From Planctomycetota bacterium (GTDB lineage: Bacteria; Planctomycetota; B15-G4), in the NCBI GenBank assembly GCA_965248575.1, contig CBDFJQ010000002.1:640001-704000 (forward strand): DNA of 64,000 bases, written 5' to 3'. This document shows, in pieces, positions 50,501 to 57,896 of the stretch (the first letter of the stretch is position 1; the number at the start of each line of letters is the position of its first letter). Under the pieces are notes generated by a model that had not been told where the DNA came from, did not search any database, and saw only the letters and a program-made list of their open reading frames with translations. A program made the translations under genes and the position numbers.

Positions 50501-52713
50501 GTGAGATATCCGAGGCCCAGGGTGAGCATCGCGTCGCAGAGCACGGCGCAGGGCGGGTCGTGCTCGAAGAAGGCACGCGCTTCGCGAAAGCTCATGCGCA
50601 GGACGTCGGCGATGGTCTTGCCGGCGAGCTCGACCTCCAGGACGCTTTGGGCATAGCGCCCTCCGCCACAGGCATCGCAGAGGAGTTCCAGGTCCTCGAA
50701 GAGATGCAGGCCCACACGGGTCAGGCCCAGCCCTTCGCACGCGGGGCAGCGGCCATGGGCACTGTTGAAGGAAAAGTGGCTGGCCGTCAGTCCGCGTAGC
50801 TTGGCGCTGTCCAGCTTCGCGAAGCGTTTCCGGATGAGGTCGAAGAGCCCGCACCAGGTGGCGGGCGTGCTGCGCGGAGTCTTGCCGACGGGCCGGGCAT
50901 CCACGGCGTGGACGGGGGCGTTGGGTCGAGCCTGCCCAGCGTCCCTCTGGTTCTCCTTGAGCAACTTGATCAGCTGGACTTCGGTGAGCGTGCCGGGATG
51001 GACGCTGAGCGTTTCGAAGGGGCCGCCGTCGGTGTGGCCTTGCAGCGCGGGCAGCAAGGTGCCGAACACGAGCGACGTCTTGCCTGCCCCCGACAGACCC
51101 ATGACCACGTTCAAGGCGCCCTGGCGGACGTTGAGCTCCGCTTGATCGAGGTTGTGAAGCGTGGCTCCGGTGAGACGAATCCAGCCGCTGCCGGGCCGGG
51201 TGCTGCGATCCGGTGGCGCGACACACCCCAATGGGTGCTCGTGATCGATGAGCGTTGGGTGCCCAGCTGCGGCGGGGCCGTCCCACGCAACGACTCTCCC
51301 GCCCTCACTGCCGGCGCCTGGGCCCAGGGCCAGCACGTGGTCGGCGTGGCGCACCATGTCGGGGTCATGCTCCACCAGAACGAGGCTGTTGCCGTTGTCG
51401 AGCAGCTCCCGCAGGATCTCCTGCATGCCCTGCTGCCCGTTGGGGTGCAGGCCGAGCGTGGGTTCGTCGAGGGCGAAGAGTACGCCGCTCAGTTGGCCGT
51501 TGAGTTGTGCTGCAAGCCGGACTCGCTGCGCTTCTCCGCCCGACAGGGTCGTGCTGCTGCGGTCGAGGCTCAGGTGCCCAAGACCCAGGCGCAGCATGCG
51601 CTGCACACGGGCTGCGAGAGGCGGGCGTGTGCGAGTCCAGACGGCGCAGGCGGCGGCGTCAGATGATTGGGATTGGAGTGCCTTGTCGAGCTCGTGCAAC
51701 AGCTCTGCCGTTGGCAGGCTCAAGGCCTGGGGCAGGGTCAGTTCGCCGAGCTGTGCCTCTCGCCCTGGACGGCCGAGGCGCGTGCCGCTGCACTCTTCGC
51801 AAGGTCTCGAGCTAACGAAGCGCAGGATGTTCGGGTTGCGGCTGCGCTGCAGCACCTCGTCCATGACGGGCACCAGGCCGCGGTAGTAGCCCTCCTCGCG
51901 CGGGCGGGCCGTGATGCCGCTCCACTTCATGCGCGACTCGATGGCGTGCTTCCCGAAGGGCACCTTCAGGGCGCGGCTGCCGTAGAGGATGACGTGGCGT
52001 TGTTCGTCGCTGAGGGAATCCCAGGGGCTGTCCACATCGAAGCCGTGCGCGCGACAGACCGTGTCCATGACATCCACGGTGACCTGGCTGTAGACTGTGT
52101 AGCCGTTCTTGAGGGTGGGGACCAAGGCGCCGTCGCGCAGGCTCTTGCCGCCGTCGGCCACGATCTTGCTCGGGTCGATGCGATCGCTGAGCCCGATGCC
52201 CCGGCAGCTGGCGCACTGACCCAGCGGGTGATTGAAGCTGAAGTGGCTGCGGGTGAGGGCTTCGCCGCTGGGGTCTGTGGCCGGGTCGTTGGCGGTGCGG
52301 GCGAAGAGCAGCCTGAGCAGATCCAGGAGACCTGTGAGGGTTCCTACCGTGGAGCGCTGGTGGGGCGTGACGGCGTGTTGCCCCACGGCGATGGTGGCCG
52401 GTAGGCCCGTCAGGCTGTCGAGGTCGGCGCGCCCCAGCTTTCCGAAGGCGTGCCGGGCGTGGGCGGAGAGGCTGCCCAGGAAGCGACGCTCCCCTTCGCG
52501 TACCAGGGTGTCGAAGACGAGCGAGGTCTTGCCGCTGCCGGAGCGGCCCGTCACCGCGACCCAGCGCCCCCGGGGCAGGTCGATGTCCACTCCCGCGAGG
52601 GAGTTTTCCCGTGCGCCTCGTAGGGAGATCGAGGGATTTGAGGGCGGTTTGGTCACCAGGGAGGGCCGCGGGGCGAGTGAGGGAACAAAGTCATGTCGAG
52701 ACGCGGTCAGCAT
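47590..52713 (-). CDS. Double-length UvrA-like ABC ATPase (four nucleotide-binding domains)
   Basis: Four Walker A motifs (GRSGSGKT, GLSGAGKT, GVSGSGKS x2), four signature/DEP motifs, FSFN-linked CxxC zinc fingers. Confidence 0.9.
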   Translation of the reverse strand: MLTASRHDFVPSLAPRPSLVTKPPSNPSISLRGARENSLAGVDIDLPRGRWVAVTGRSGSGKTSLVFDTLVREGERRFLGSLSAHARHAFGKLGRADLDSLTGLPATIAVGQHAVTPHQRSTVGTLTGLLDLLRLLFARTANDPATDPSGEALTRSHFSFNHPLGQCASCRGIGLSDRIDPSKIVADGGKSLRDGALVPTLKNGYTVYSQVTVDVMDTVCRAHGFDVDSPWDSLSDEQRHVILYGSRALKVPFGKHAIESRMKWSGITARPREEGYYRGLVPVMDEVLQRSRNPNILRFVSSRPCEECSGTRLGRPGREAQLGELTLPQALSLPTAELLHELDKALQSQSSDAAACAVWTRTRPPLAARVQRMLRLGLGHLSLDRSSTTLSGGEAQRVRLAAQLNGQLSGVLFALDEPTLGLHPNGQQGMQEILRELLDNGNSLVLVEHDPDMVRHADHVLALGPGAGSEGGRVVAWDGPAAAGHPTLIDHEHPLGCVAPPDRSTRPGSGWIRLTGATLHNLDQAELNVRQGALNVVMGLSGAGKTSLVFGTLLPALQGHTDGGPFETLSVHPGTLTEVQLIKLLKENQRDAGQARPNAPVHAVDARPVGKTPRSTPATWCGLFDLIRKRFAKLDSAKLRGLTASHFSFNSAHGRCPACEGLGLTRVGLHLFEDLELLCDACGGGRYAQSVLEVELAGKTIADVLRMSFREARAFFEHDPPCAVLCDAMLTLGLGYLTLGQSSGSLSRGESQRIKLGTLLGTRRSEPTLVVLDEPDRGLAPTDVVDLLVALHALVEAGHTVLAISHHRQVWAAADHLIELRDGSTLREAQPDWSALSKRQPPPPAEQGDERPIELRGVRTHSLRGIDVAFPRHQLTAVCGVSGSGKSSLVTHTLASEATARFAESLPFQVRRFMRRLPAPRIESASGLGPTLHLGQGHASSRRALDRRSTVATQSECGPLLRLIYSRAGLWQEQPCGLSASHFSRERREGACEVCGGRGTSQRCDPQRLIDAPHRPLLGAGPSTAASGAAGGSRPGRFFTEADGQHMATLVAALVAGQVTDQDADQVADRLQEPALEPCRSPAEIWDLLKTRPWNELPPSVRDMALHGLEDPGSRKPQSLRVQWEFASSAEGDGSHEFETSWSGLCALVEAEADHRARSKRAAEWSAPLADAECPSCSGSGLTQIPRETRVLGVSLPELEQLSLVAVSALFRSSTQDPVLEALRPELCVRLAELQSLGLGHLQLGRPVRTLSSGELQRVRLGGVLRSGLVGLTLVLDEPTAGLHERDVQQLLDRLHTFQQEGNTVVLVSHRPSVLRRADHLLELGPEGGAKGGQLLETGPPERVLSGDGPTARALRARPGSDERTAAGTPNTPLIQLRGAHAHNLVQLDVQFPASGLVCITGVSGSGKSSLLFDVLGASFAAQAPVKCETLDIPGGFERYKALHDARDAHRTTATSSTLVALQLAAPLGAVFSAASAQANSGQRLPARAFKPGNTAGRCPACKGSGREQVSMDFLADVDLPCQVCNGRRFRPEVCQVRWNGKSIVQILEEPAEQLLMSLAALPEHACGKEQRALCAGLTALDDVALGHLPLGRPRVELSGGESARVQLAASLMHSTTPAVSLYDEPSTALHEADLGRILKVFRKLADRGDLVLTTEHRLSAIAAADWVIDLGPEAGADGGRLMVAGPPSSLGKLTPGHTAAALRARS

Positions 52714-52793
52714 CTTCGTCAGTGAGCTGAGGAGCCTAACCGCTTGCTCATGTTGTCCTGTTCACTGACCCAACCCAATCGGAGCATGACCTG

Positions 52794-53324
52794 ATGCAGA
52801 CGACCTTCGTTCGAGTGATGTCCGGGACCTTGATCGCCTTGAGCGCCTGGGGGGTGGCGGCGAGTGTGGCTGCGCCCGTTCAACTCTTCCCGCTGCCCAC
52901 GCCGCAGGAGGCGGTGGCGGAACGGATGGACGATGGCTCCGCGCGTGACCAGGCGCTGATCCCCTCGATCGTCTACGGCGATGAGCTGCTGGTCCAGATC
53001 GCGGTCTCCGACCTGGACAAAGCCTGCGAGTTCTATGGCCAGATTCTGGGGCTCCCGCCCATCTCCAGGACCGACTCCCTGAAGTGGGCCAAGTTCCGGC
53101 TGCCGGCGGGGGCCCAACTGGGCGTTGGTGAGGCCGAACGGGTGTCAGGCAGCGGCACGACGTCCTTGAATATCAGCGTGGCGGACATCGAGGCCGCGCG
53201 AGCACTGCTCGAGGCGCGGGGCATCGTGTTTGACGGGCCAACGCAGGTCATACCCGGGGTCGTGAAGCTGGCGGACTTCAAGGATGCTGACGGCAACCGG
53301 ATTCGCCTTGCGGGTGCGCCGTAG
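52794..53324 (+). CDS. VOC (glyoxalase/bleomycin-resistance) family protein with signal peptide
   Basis: IAVSDLDKACEFYGQILGL and FKDADGNRIRL motifs. Confidence 0.85.
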   Translation: MQTTFVRVMSGTLIALSAWGVAASVAAPVQLFPLPTPQEAVAERMDDGSARDQALIPSIVYGDELLVQIAVSDLDKACEFYGQILGLPPISRTDSLKWAKFRLPAGAQLGVGEAERVSGSGTTSLNISVADIEAARALLEARGIVFDGPTQVIPGVVKLADFKDADGNRIRLAGAP

Positions 53325-53354
53325 CGGTGCGCGGCAAGGGGGCCGGTGGAGGGG

Positions 53355-53386
53355 GGCGTTCCCGCCAGGATTCGAACCTGGGACCG
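53355..53386 (-). repeat. 32-bp direct repeat of a tRNA 3' end (att-like site)
   Basis: GGCGTTCCCGCCAGGATTCGAACCTGGGACCG is identical to 63969-64000; this copy ends in CCC instead of CCA. Confidence 0.92.
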
Positions 53387-53435
53387 TGGGCGACCCGTCG
53401 GTCGCTGCTGCACGTCAGGCTGTGCACGCGGGATT

Positions 53436-55556
53436 CTACTTCCGGTGCAGGTCGACGATCACCTCCGCCGTCTCGCCCGCCCGCACGTCGATGCGCCGGG
53501 CCGGGATTGGGAGGAAGCGGTCGGCACCGATGCCCTCGAAGCTGATCTCGTAGAGCCCGGGCGCGCTCGCCTCGAAGAGCCAGTACGTCGCGGCATTCAC
53601 ACGACCTTCGTGGTCGACCGCGCTGATGCCCCGGCTCAACCCCACGAAGACCCCGTCGTCGTGCGGCAGCGCAGCCCCGTTGATGCGAAACTCGAAGCGG
53701 ATGGCGTAGACGGGCTCGAGCTCAAAGCGCACCGACTGGAACCCGGGGAAAAGCTCGAGGATCTCTCTACGTGTGCCGTAGTCCAGCCCGCTCGGGATCC
53801 CGTAGGTCTGGACGTACGCCGCGCCGGGCGCTGTCCAGAAGCGGAAGCGGCCTGGTTCGCCATCGAAGCCGATCGAGGGGTGGTCGGCGCTGCTCCAGTC
53901 GTGGTGCACCTGACCCTGGAGGTCCTCCAGGTAGCCGTAACGGATCAGCTCGAGCGGGAGCCGCTCGCCGGTCCGCGCGTCGACGGTCTCCACGAGCACC
54001 TCGGCAAGCTCCGGGACCACGAGCTCCACGTCCTCGCGGCCAGCGGCCGGGAGCTCGATCATCCAGTTCTTCAGGAACGGCAAGAGCTGGACCTGGTAGG
54101 GGCCGACCGCTAAATCCTCCAGGTGGAACGCCCAGGTCGGGAGAGCGCCGCCGACGCGCTCCATGTCGGCCAGGGAGAGCTCGACGTCGGCGTCGCCATG
54201 GTTGTAGTCGGGCCCGTAGAACTGAAGCCGCACCTGCTGCTCGCCGTCGAAGGCCGGAAAGGAGACCTTGCCGCCGAGGGTCGCCCGCTCCGGCGGCGCT
54301 GGCGGGTCGGTCAACGTCAGCAGCAGCTCGCGCGTTTCGCCGGCGGCGAGGGAGAGCTCCTCGCGCGCGAGCACGTGCGGCTTTTCCCACCAGCCACCCA
54401 GCTCGACCGAGACGGCGTACTCGCCCGGCTCCAGGTTCTCGAGCCGCAGCCCTTCGGTCTCGAGCGTCTCGTCGAGCCGCTGGGACCAGACGCGTCCGGC
54501 CTCAGCCCCGCCCGGGCGAGGCCGGACGACGTTGAGCATGGCCTCCGGCTCGAGCGCGGCGTAGCGCTCGAGTTGCACGTTCGCCATCCGCACGTCCAGC
54601 GCGGCGGCCGGCAGCAGCAGCAGCTCGCGCTCGGCGTTCGTCGAGACGTCAAGCACGATCGTGCTCCAGGCGTAGCCGGGCGCCCTCGCGTACACGAGGA
54701 CGCCGCGCCCAGTCTCCTCGGGTTGCATGAGCTCGGCGGGCTGGGGCGCCTCGCCCACTGCGGACCCGAGCGCCAAGCCGGCGACCCATTCCTCCGGCCC
54801 GTCAGCCTTGCGCCCGCCCAGCAGCACGATGGGAGAGTTGAGGCCGCTGCCGAGCGAGGTGTAGATCTCGCCGCCCGTCCCGGGCAGCTGCGCGGCCATG
54901 AACGCGGTCGGCACGCAGCGGAGCTCCACGCCTTCGAGGTGCGCCCGCGTGTTCGCATCGCGCACGGCCAGCGTGAGCTCCGGCCAGAAAACCACCTCGG
55001 CAAATCGCACCCGGAGCTCGTAGACGATCTGGCCGCTCCTGCCCTCCACACCGCTGGACAACGGAATCCGGGTCGTCTCGATGAAGTGCTGTGGATGGTC
55101 GACATCGACCACCAGCTCGTCGTCGCGCAGTCGCTCCTCCACACGCGCAAAGAACGGGTCCAGGTCGAACTCGCTCGTCAATCCATGGCACGGCCACGAG
55201 TCCCGGATCCTCTCGGGCCAAACGCTGACCTCCTCTACGCCCGTCACCGTGACCCTCGCCAACCCCGCGTACTCCTCAGGGATTCCCTCGAGGATCACGC
55301 GCAGTACGTTTGTTCCCGCAACTGCAGACACGCCGCCGGGGGGCTCCTCCGTGACCGGGCTCAGTCGCAGGGGTTCCGCGGCCGGGTCTTTGGCCATGGG
55401 CAAGACCGTGCCACCCACGGGCTCCACGTCGACCGCCAGCGACTCGGCCGCCGCCATCGGCGGTGCCTCGGGTGCCCTTGTCACGAAGTACACGATCACC
55501 ACCGCCACGAGAACGACCACGGTGCTGGCGAGTGCGAGGCGGATCTTCATGGTCAT
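53436..55556 (-). CDS. Membrane-anchored beta-sandwich (carboxypeptidase regulatory-like) repeat protein, paralog 1
   Basis: N-terminal TM anchor; shares the RDSWPCxGxTSEFDLDPFF module with paralogs 2 and 3; LEPGEYAV- and APGLYEI-type repeats. Confidence 0.7.
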   Translation of the reverse strand: MTMKIRLALASTVVVLVAVVIVYFVTRAPEAPPMAAAESLAVDVEPVGGTVLPMAKDPAAEPLRLSPVTEEPPGGVSAVAGTNVLRVILEGIPEEYAGLARVTVTGVEEVSVWPERIRDSWPCHGLTSEFDLDPFFARVEERLRDDELVVDVDHPQHFIETTRIPLSSGVEGRSGQIVYELRVRFAEVVFWPELTLAVRDANTRAHLEGVELRCVPTAFMAAQLPGTGGEIYTSLGSGLNSPIVLLGGRKADGPEEWVAGLALGSAVGEAPQPAELMQPEETGRGVLVYARAPGYAWSTIVLDVSTNAERELLLLPAAALDVRMANVQLERYAALEPEAMLNVVRPRPGGAEAGRVWSQRLDETLETEGLRLENLEPGEYAVSVELGGWWEKPHVLAREELSLAAGETRELLLTLTDPPAPPERATLGGKVSFPAFDGEQQVRLQFYGPDYNHGDADVELSLADMERVGGALPTWAFHLEDLAVGPYQVQLLPFLKNWMIELPAAGREDVELVVPELAEVLVETVDARTGERLPLELIRYGYLEDLQGQVHHDWSSADHPSIGFDGEPGRFRFWTAPGAAYVQTYGIPSGLDYGTRREILELFPGFQSVRFELEPVYAIRFEFRINGAALPHDDGVFVGLSRGISAVDHEGRVNAATYWLFEASAPGLYEISFEGIGADRFLPIPARRIDVRAGETAEVIVDLHRK

Positions 55557-55601
55557 GCACCTATGCTCCGGTCGTCTTGCGTTCTTGTGTCGAACGCGGA
55601 T

Positions 55602-57851
55602 CTATTTGGACAGGGTGACGTCGACGTCTTCGTACTCTCCCGTGTGAAGCTCGACCTCCACGCTTCGCTCCGCAGAGCCCGGCGAAATGAGCACGAGCCG
55701 GTAGCGTCCAGGCTGGAGCGGGTTGGCCGACTCGTGGGTTCCGTACGGGTAGATTCTCGAGTAGCTGTACCCCCGGCGCTGCCCCTCGCCCACGTCCAGC
55801 AAGAGACTTACCTGGTTTCCCAAGTGGTCGATGAGCTGGTACTCGCCGCTGACCAGTGCGCCGTCCTCGTCGCGCACCGTGAGGCGCAGCCCCGCGCACT
55901 GCTGCAGCATGATGGACCGCGTGATCACCCTGCCAGGATGGAGTTCGAGGTCGAGCTCGTATTCGAAGAAGAGTCCGGTGGGAAAACTGCGGTCTACGCC
56001 AGTGCGCACGCGAACGCGGTTCTTCCCGGGGAAGAGGCCCTCCACCCGCAGCTGGCCCTCACGGGCTTCGACCAGCCGCGTTTCCGGCGGGAAGCCTTCC
56101 TGGCCGGCGCGCCACAGCAGGACGGTAAAGCTCTCGGGGATCGACCCCGGCGGATTCTCCAGATCGATCACCAGAGTCGCCAACTCCTCGGCACGCACGA
56201 GCCTGATTGGAATTACAAGCTCCCCGCCGGGCTCCGGCGTCTGGAAGTCGAGCGGCACCGGCTGCCGACCGGGAAACACGACCTCGCCCGTCATGTGCTT
56301 GTTGGGCGGAGCCTGGAGGACGTAGGTCGGCTCGTCCCCGGGGAGTGGGATCTGCGTCGTGAGGTACTCGGGCATGAAGTTGAGGTTCTTGGCCAAGGGA
56401 TCGGCAACCCGCCGGAGGTCTTTGCCATTCTCATCGACGGGCGTCCCGCCGCCGGGGGTCCTGGTCTTCAGGAGCAGGCGGCCCTCGCCCTCGCTCTCGA
56501 GGTCGCCCGCAAGCTCGAAGCGGATTGACGTCTCCCTGAATTCCAGCACGACTCCGTGCTCGGGGGCACGCACAGGCAAGCCGGCTTTGCCGCCGTTGAT
56601 GTAGATCATCTCGTCGTCCCGCTCGCCATCTCCCCAGCCCCCGGGGAGGGAGTCGTGCGTCTCGGCAAGCTCACCCATACGGAGCAGGTACTCGAGAGGG
56701 CCCAGTCCGCCGAAGGCGAAGGCACCGTTCTCGTCCACTGTCGCCGACAGGCGTTTCAACTCGAAGCGACCGCCACGGCGAGGGCCCAGCAAGCTCGTAT
56801 GGGTCGTGGTCGGAGTCAGCCAGAGGAGATGCACGGAGCGACTGGGAGTGGTGAATGTCCGCCCCTCGTAGACATTCACGCGCATGCCACTGCTGATGGC
56901 GTCGGGGGGGGCGGCAGTCCTCCACCGGGGTGGCATGGAGGAGACGGAGGCGCCGACCAACGGATTGCCCATGCGCAACAAGTAGCCCGTGATCGCGTGA
57001 CCGGACTCGAGCACGAGGGTGCCCACGTCGACGCGCGTGCCGACGAGCACCTCCACGTGCGTCGTCGTCGGACGTCGGCCCTCTTCGTAGGACGCCAGTG
57101 CATAGAGGCCCGAGGCGCCTAAGCGAAGTTCGAACGCACCGTCCGCCGCGCCCTCGACGGCGCCGGCGACGTCCTCTACGGGAAAGCCATCATCGAGCAG
57201 CAGGGCACCCACCAGGCCTTGCGCAGCCGGGGCGCCGTCCTCCCGCGCCAGGCGGCCGTGAATCACGCCGGCAGGAACCAACTGCACCCGGACCTCGTAG
57301 ACGGTCCGGCCGATCGCCAGCTCCACGCCGCTGGACAGCGAAATCCGGGTCGTCTCCAGCAAGTGCAGCGGATTGTCGACCTCGACCTCCAGCTCGCCGA
57401 CTCGCAAGTCTCCGTCTCGCTCCGCCACACTCGCGAAGAACGGATCCAGGTCGAACTCGCTCGTCAGCCCCTCGCACAGCCACGAGTCCCTGATCGACCC
57501 GGGCCACTCGTCGGGCTCGTCCACGCCTGTCAACGTGACCGTCGTCATTCGAGCGTTCTCTTCTGTGATCCCCTCTAGGACCACGCGCAGCAGCTTCATT
57601 CCCGCGATAGCAGCCGCGCCACCGGGAGGCTCCTCCGCGACGAGGCTTTGCACCGCGGCCGACCTGGCGGCAGGGAGTTTGAACGCGGACACGTCTGCGA
57701 CGTCCACGCGCTGCACGACGGTCGGCAGCGGCTCGACCACCGCCGCCGGTAGTGACTCGGCCCTCGGTGTTCGTGTCACGAAGTACACGACGACCGCCGC
57801 CAGGAGAACTGCGGAGGTGCTGCCGAGTGCGAGGCGGCTCTTCATGGTCAT
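55602..57851 (-). CDS. Membrane-anchored beta-sandwich repeat protein, paralog 2
   Basis: TM anchor; IHGRLAREDG, DENGAFAFGGL, LQPGRYRLVL motifs; collinear with paralog 3. Confidence 0.7.
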   Translation of the reverse strand: MTMKSRLALGSTSAVLLAAVVVYFVTRTPRAESLPAAVVEPLPTVVQRVDVADVSAFKLPAARSAAVQSLVAEEPPGGAAAIAGMKLLRVVLEGITEENARMTTVTLTGVDEPDEWPGSIRDSWLCEGLTSEFDLDPFFASVAERDGDLRVGELEVEVDNPLHLLETTRISLSSGVELAIGRTVYEVRVQLVPAGVIHGRLAREDGAPAAQGLVGALLLDDGFPVEDVAGAVEGAADGAFELRLGASGLYALASYEEGRRPTTTHVEVLVGTRVDVGTLVLESGHAITGYLLRMGNPLVGASVSSMPPRWRTAAPPDAISSGMRVNVYEGRTFTTPSRSVHLLWLTPTTTHTSLLGPRRGGRFELKRLSATVDENGAFAFGGLGPLEYLLRMGELAETHDSLPGGWGDGERDDEMIYINGGKAGLPVRAPEHGVVLEFRETSIRFELAGDLESEGEGRLLLKTRTPGGGTPVDENGKDLRRVADPLAKNLNFMPEYLTTQIPLPGDEPTYVLQAPPNKHMTGEVVFPGRQPVPLDFQTPEPGGELVIPIRLVRAEELATLVIDLENPPGSIPESFTVLLWRAGQEGFPPETRLVEAREGQLRVEGLFPGKNRVRVRTGVDRSFPTGLFFEYELDLELHPGRVITRSIMLQQCAGLRLTVRDEDGALVSGEYQLIDHLGNQVSLLLDVGEGQRRGYSYSRIYPYGTHESANPLQPGRYRLVLISPGSAERSVEVELHTGEYEDVDVTLSK

Positions 57852-57896
57852 GCGCCTGGGTTCCAGTCGTCTTGCGTGCTTGCGTCCAACACGGTC

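Noticed and set aside
53355..53430. A second complete tRNA gene
   Set aside because: Only the T-arm and 3' acceptor strand are present, with no CCA and no recognisable anticodon or D-arm
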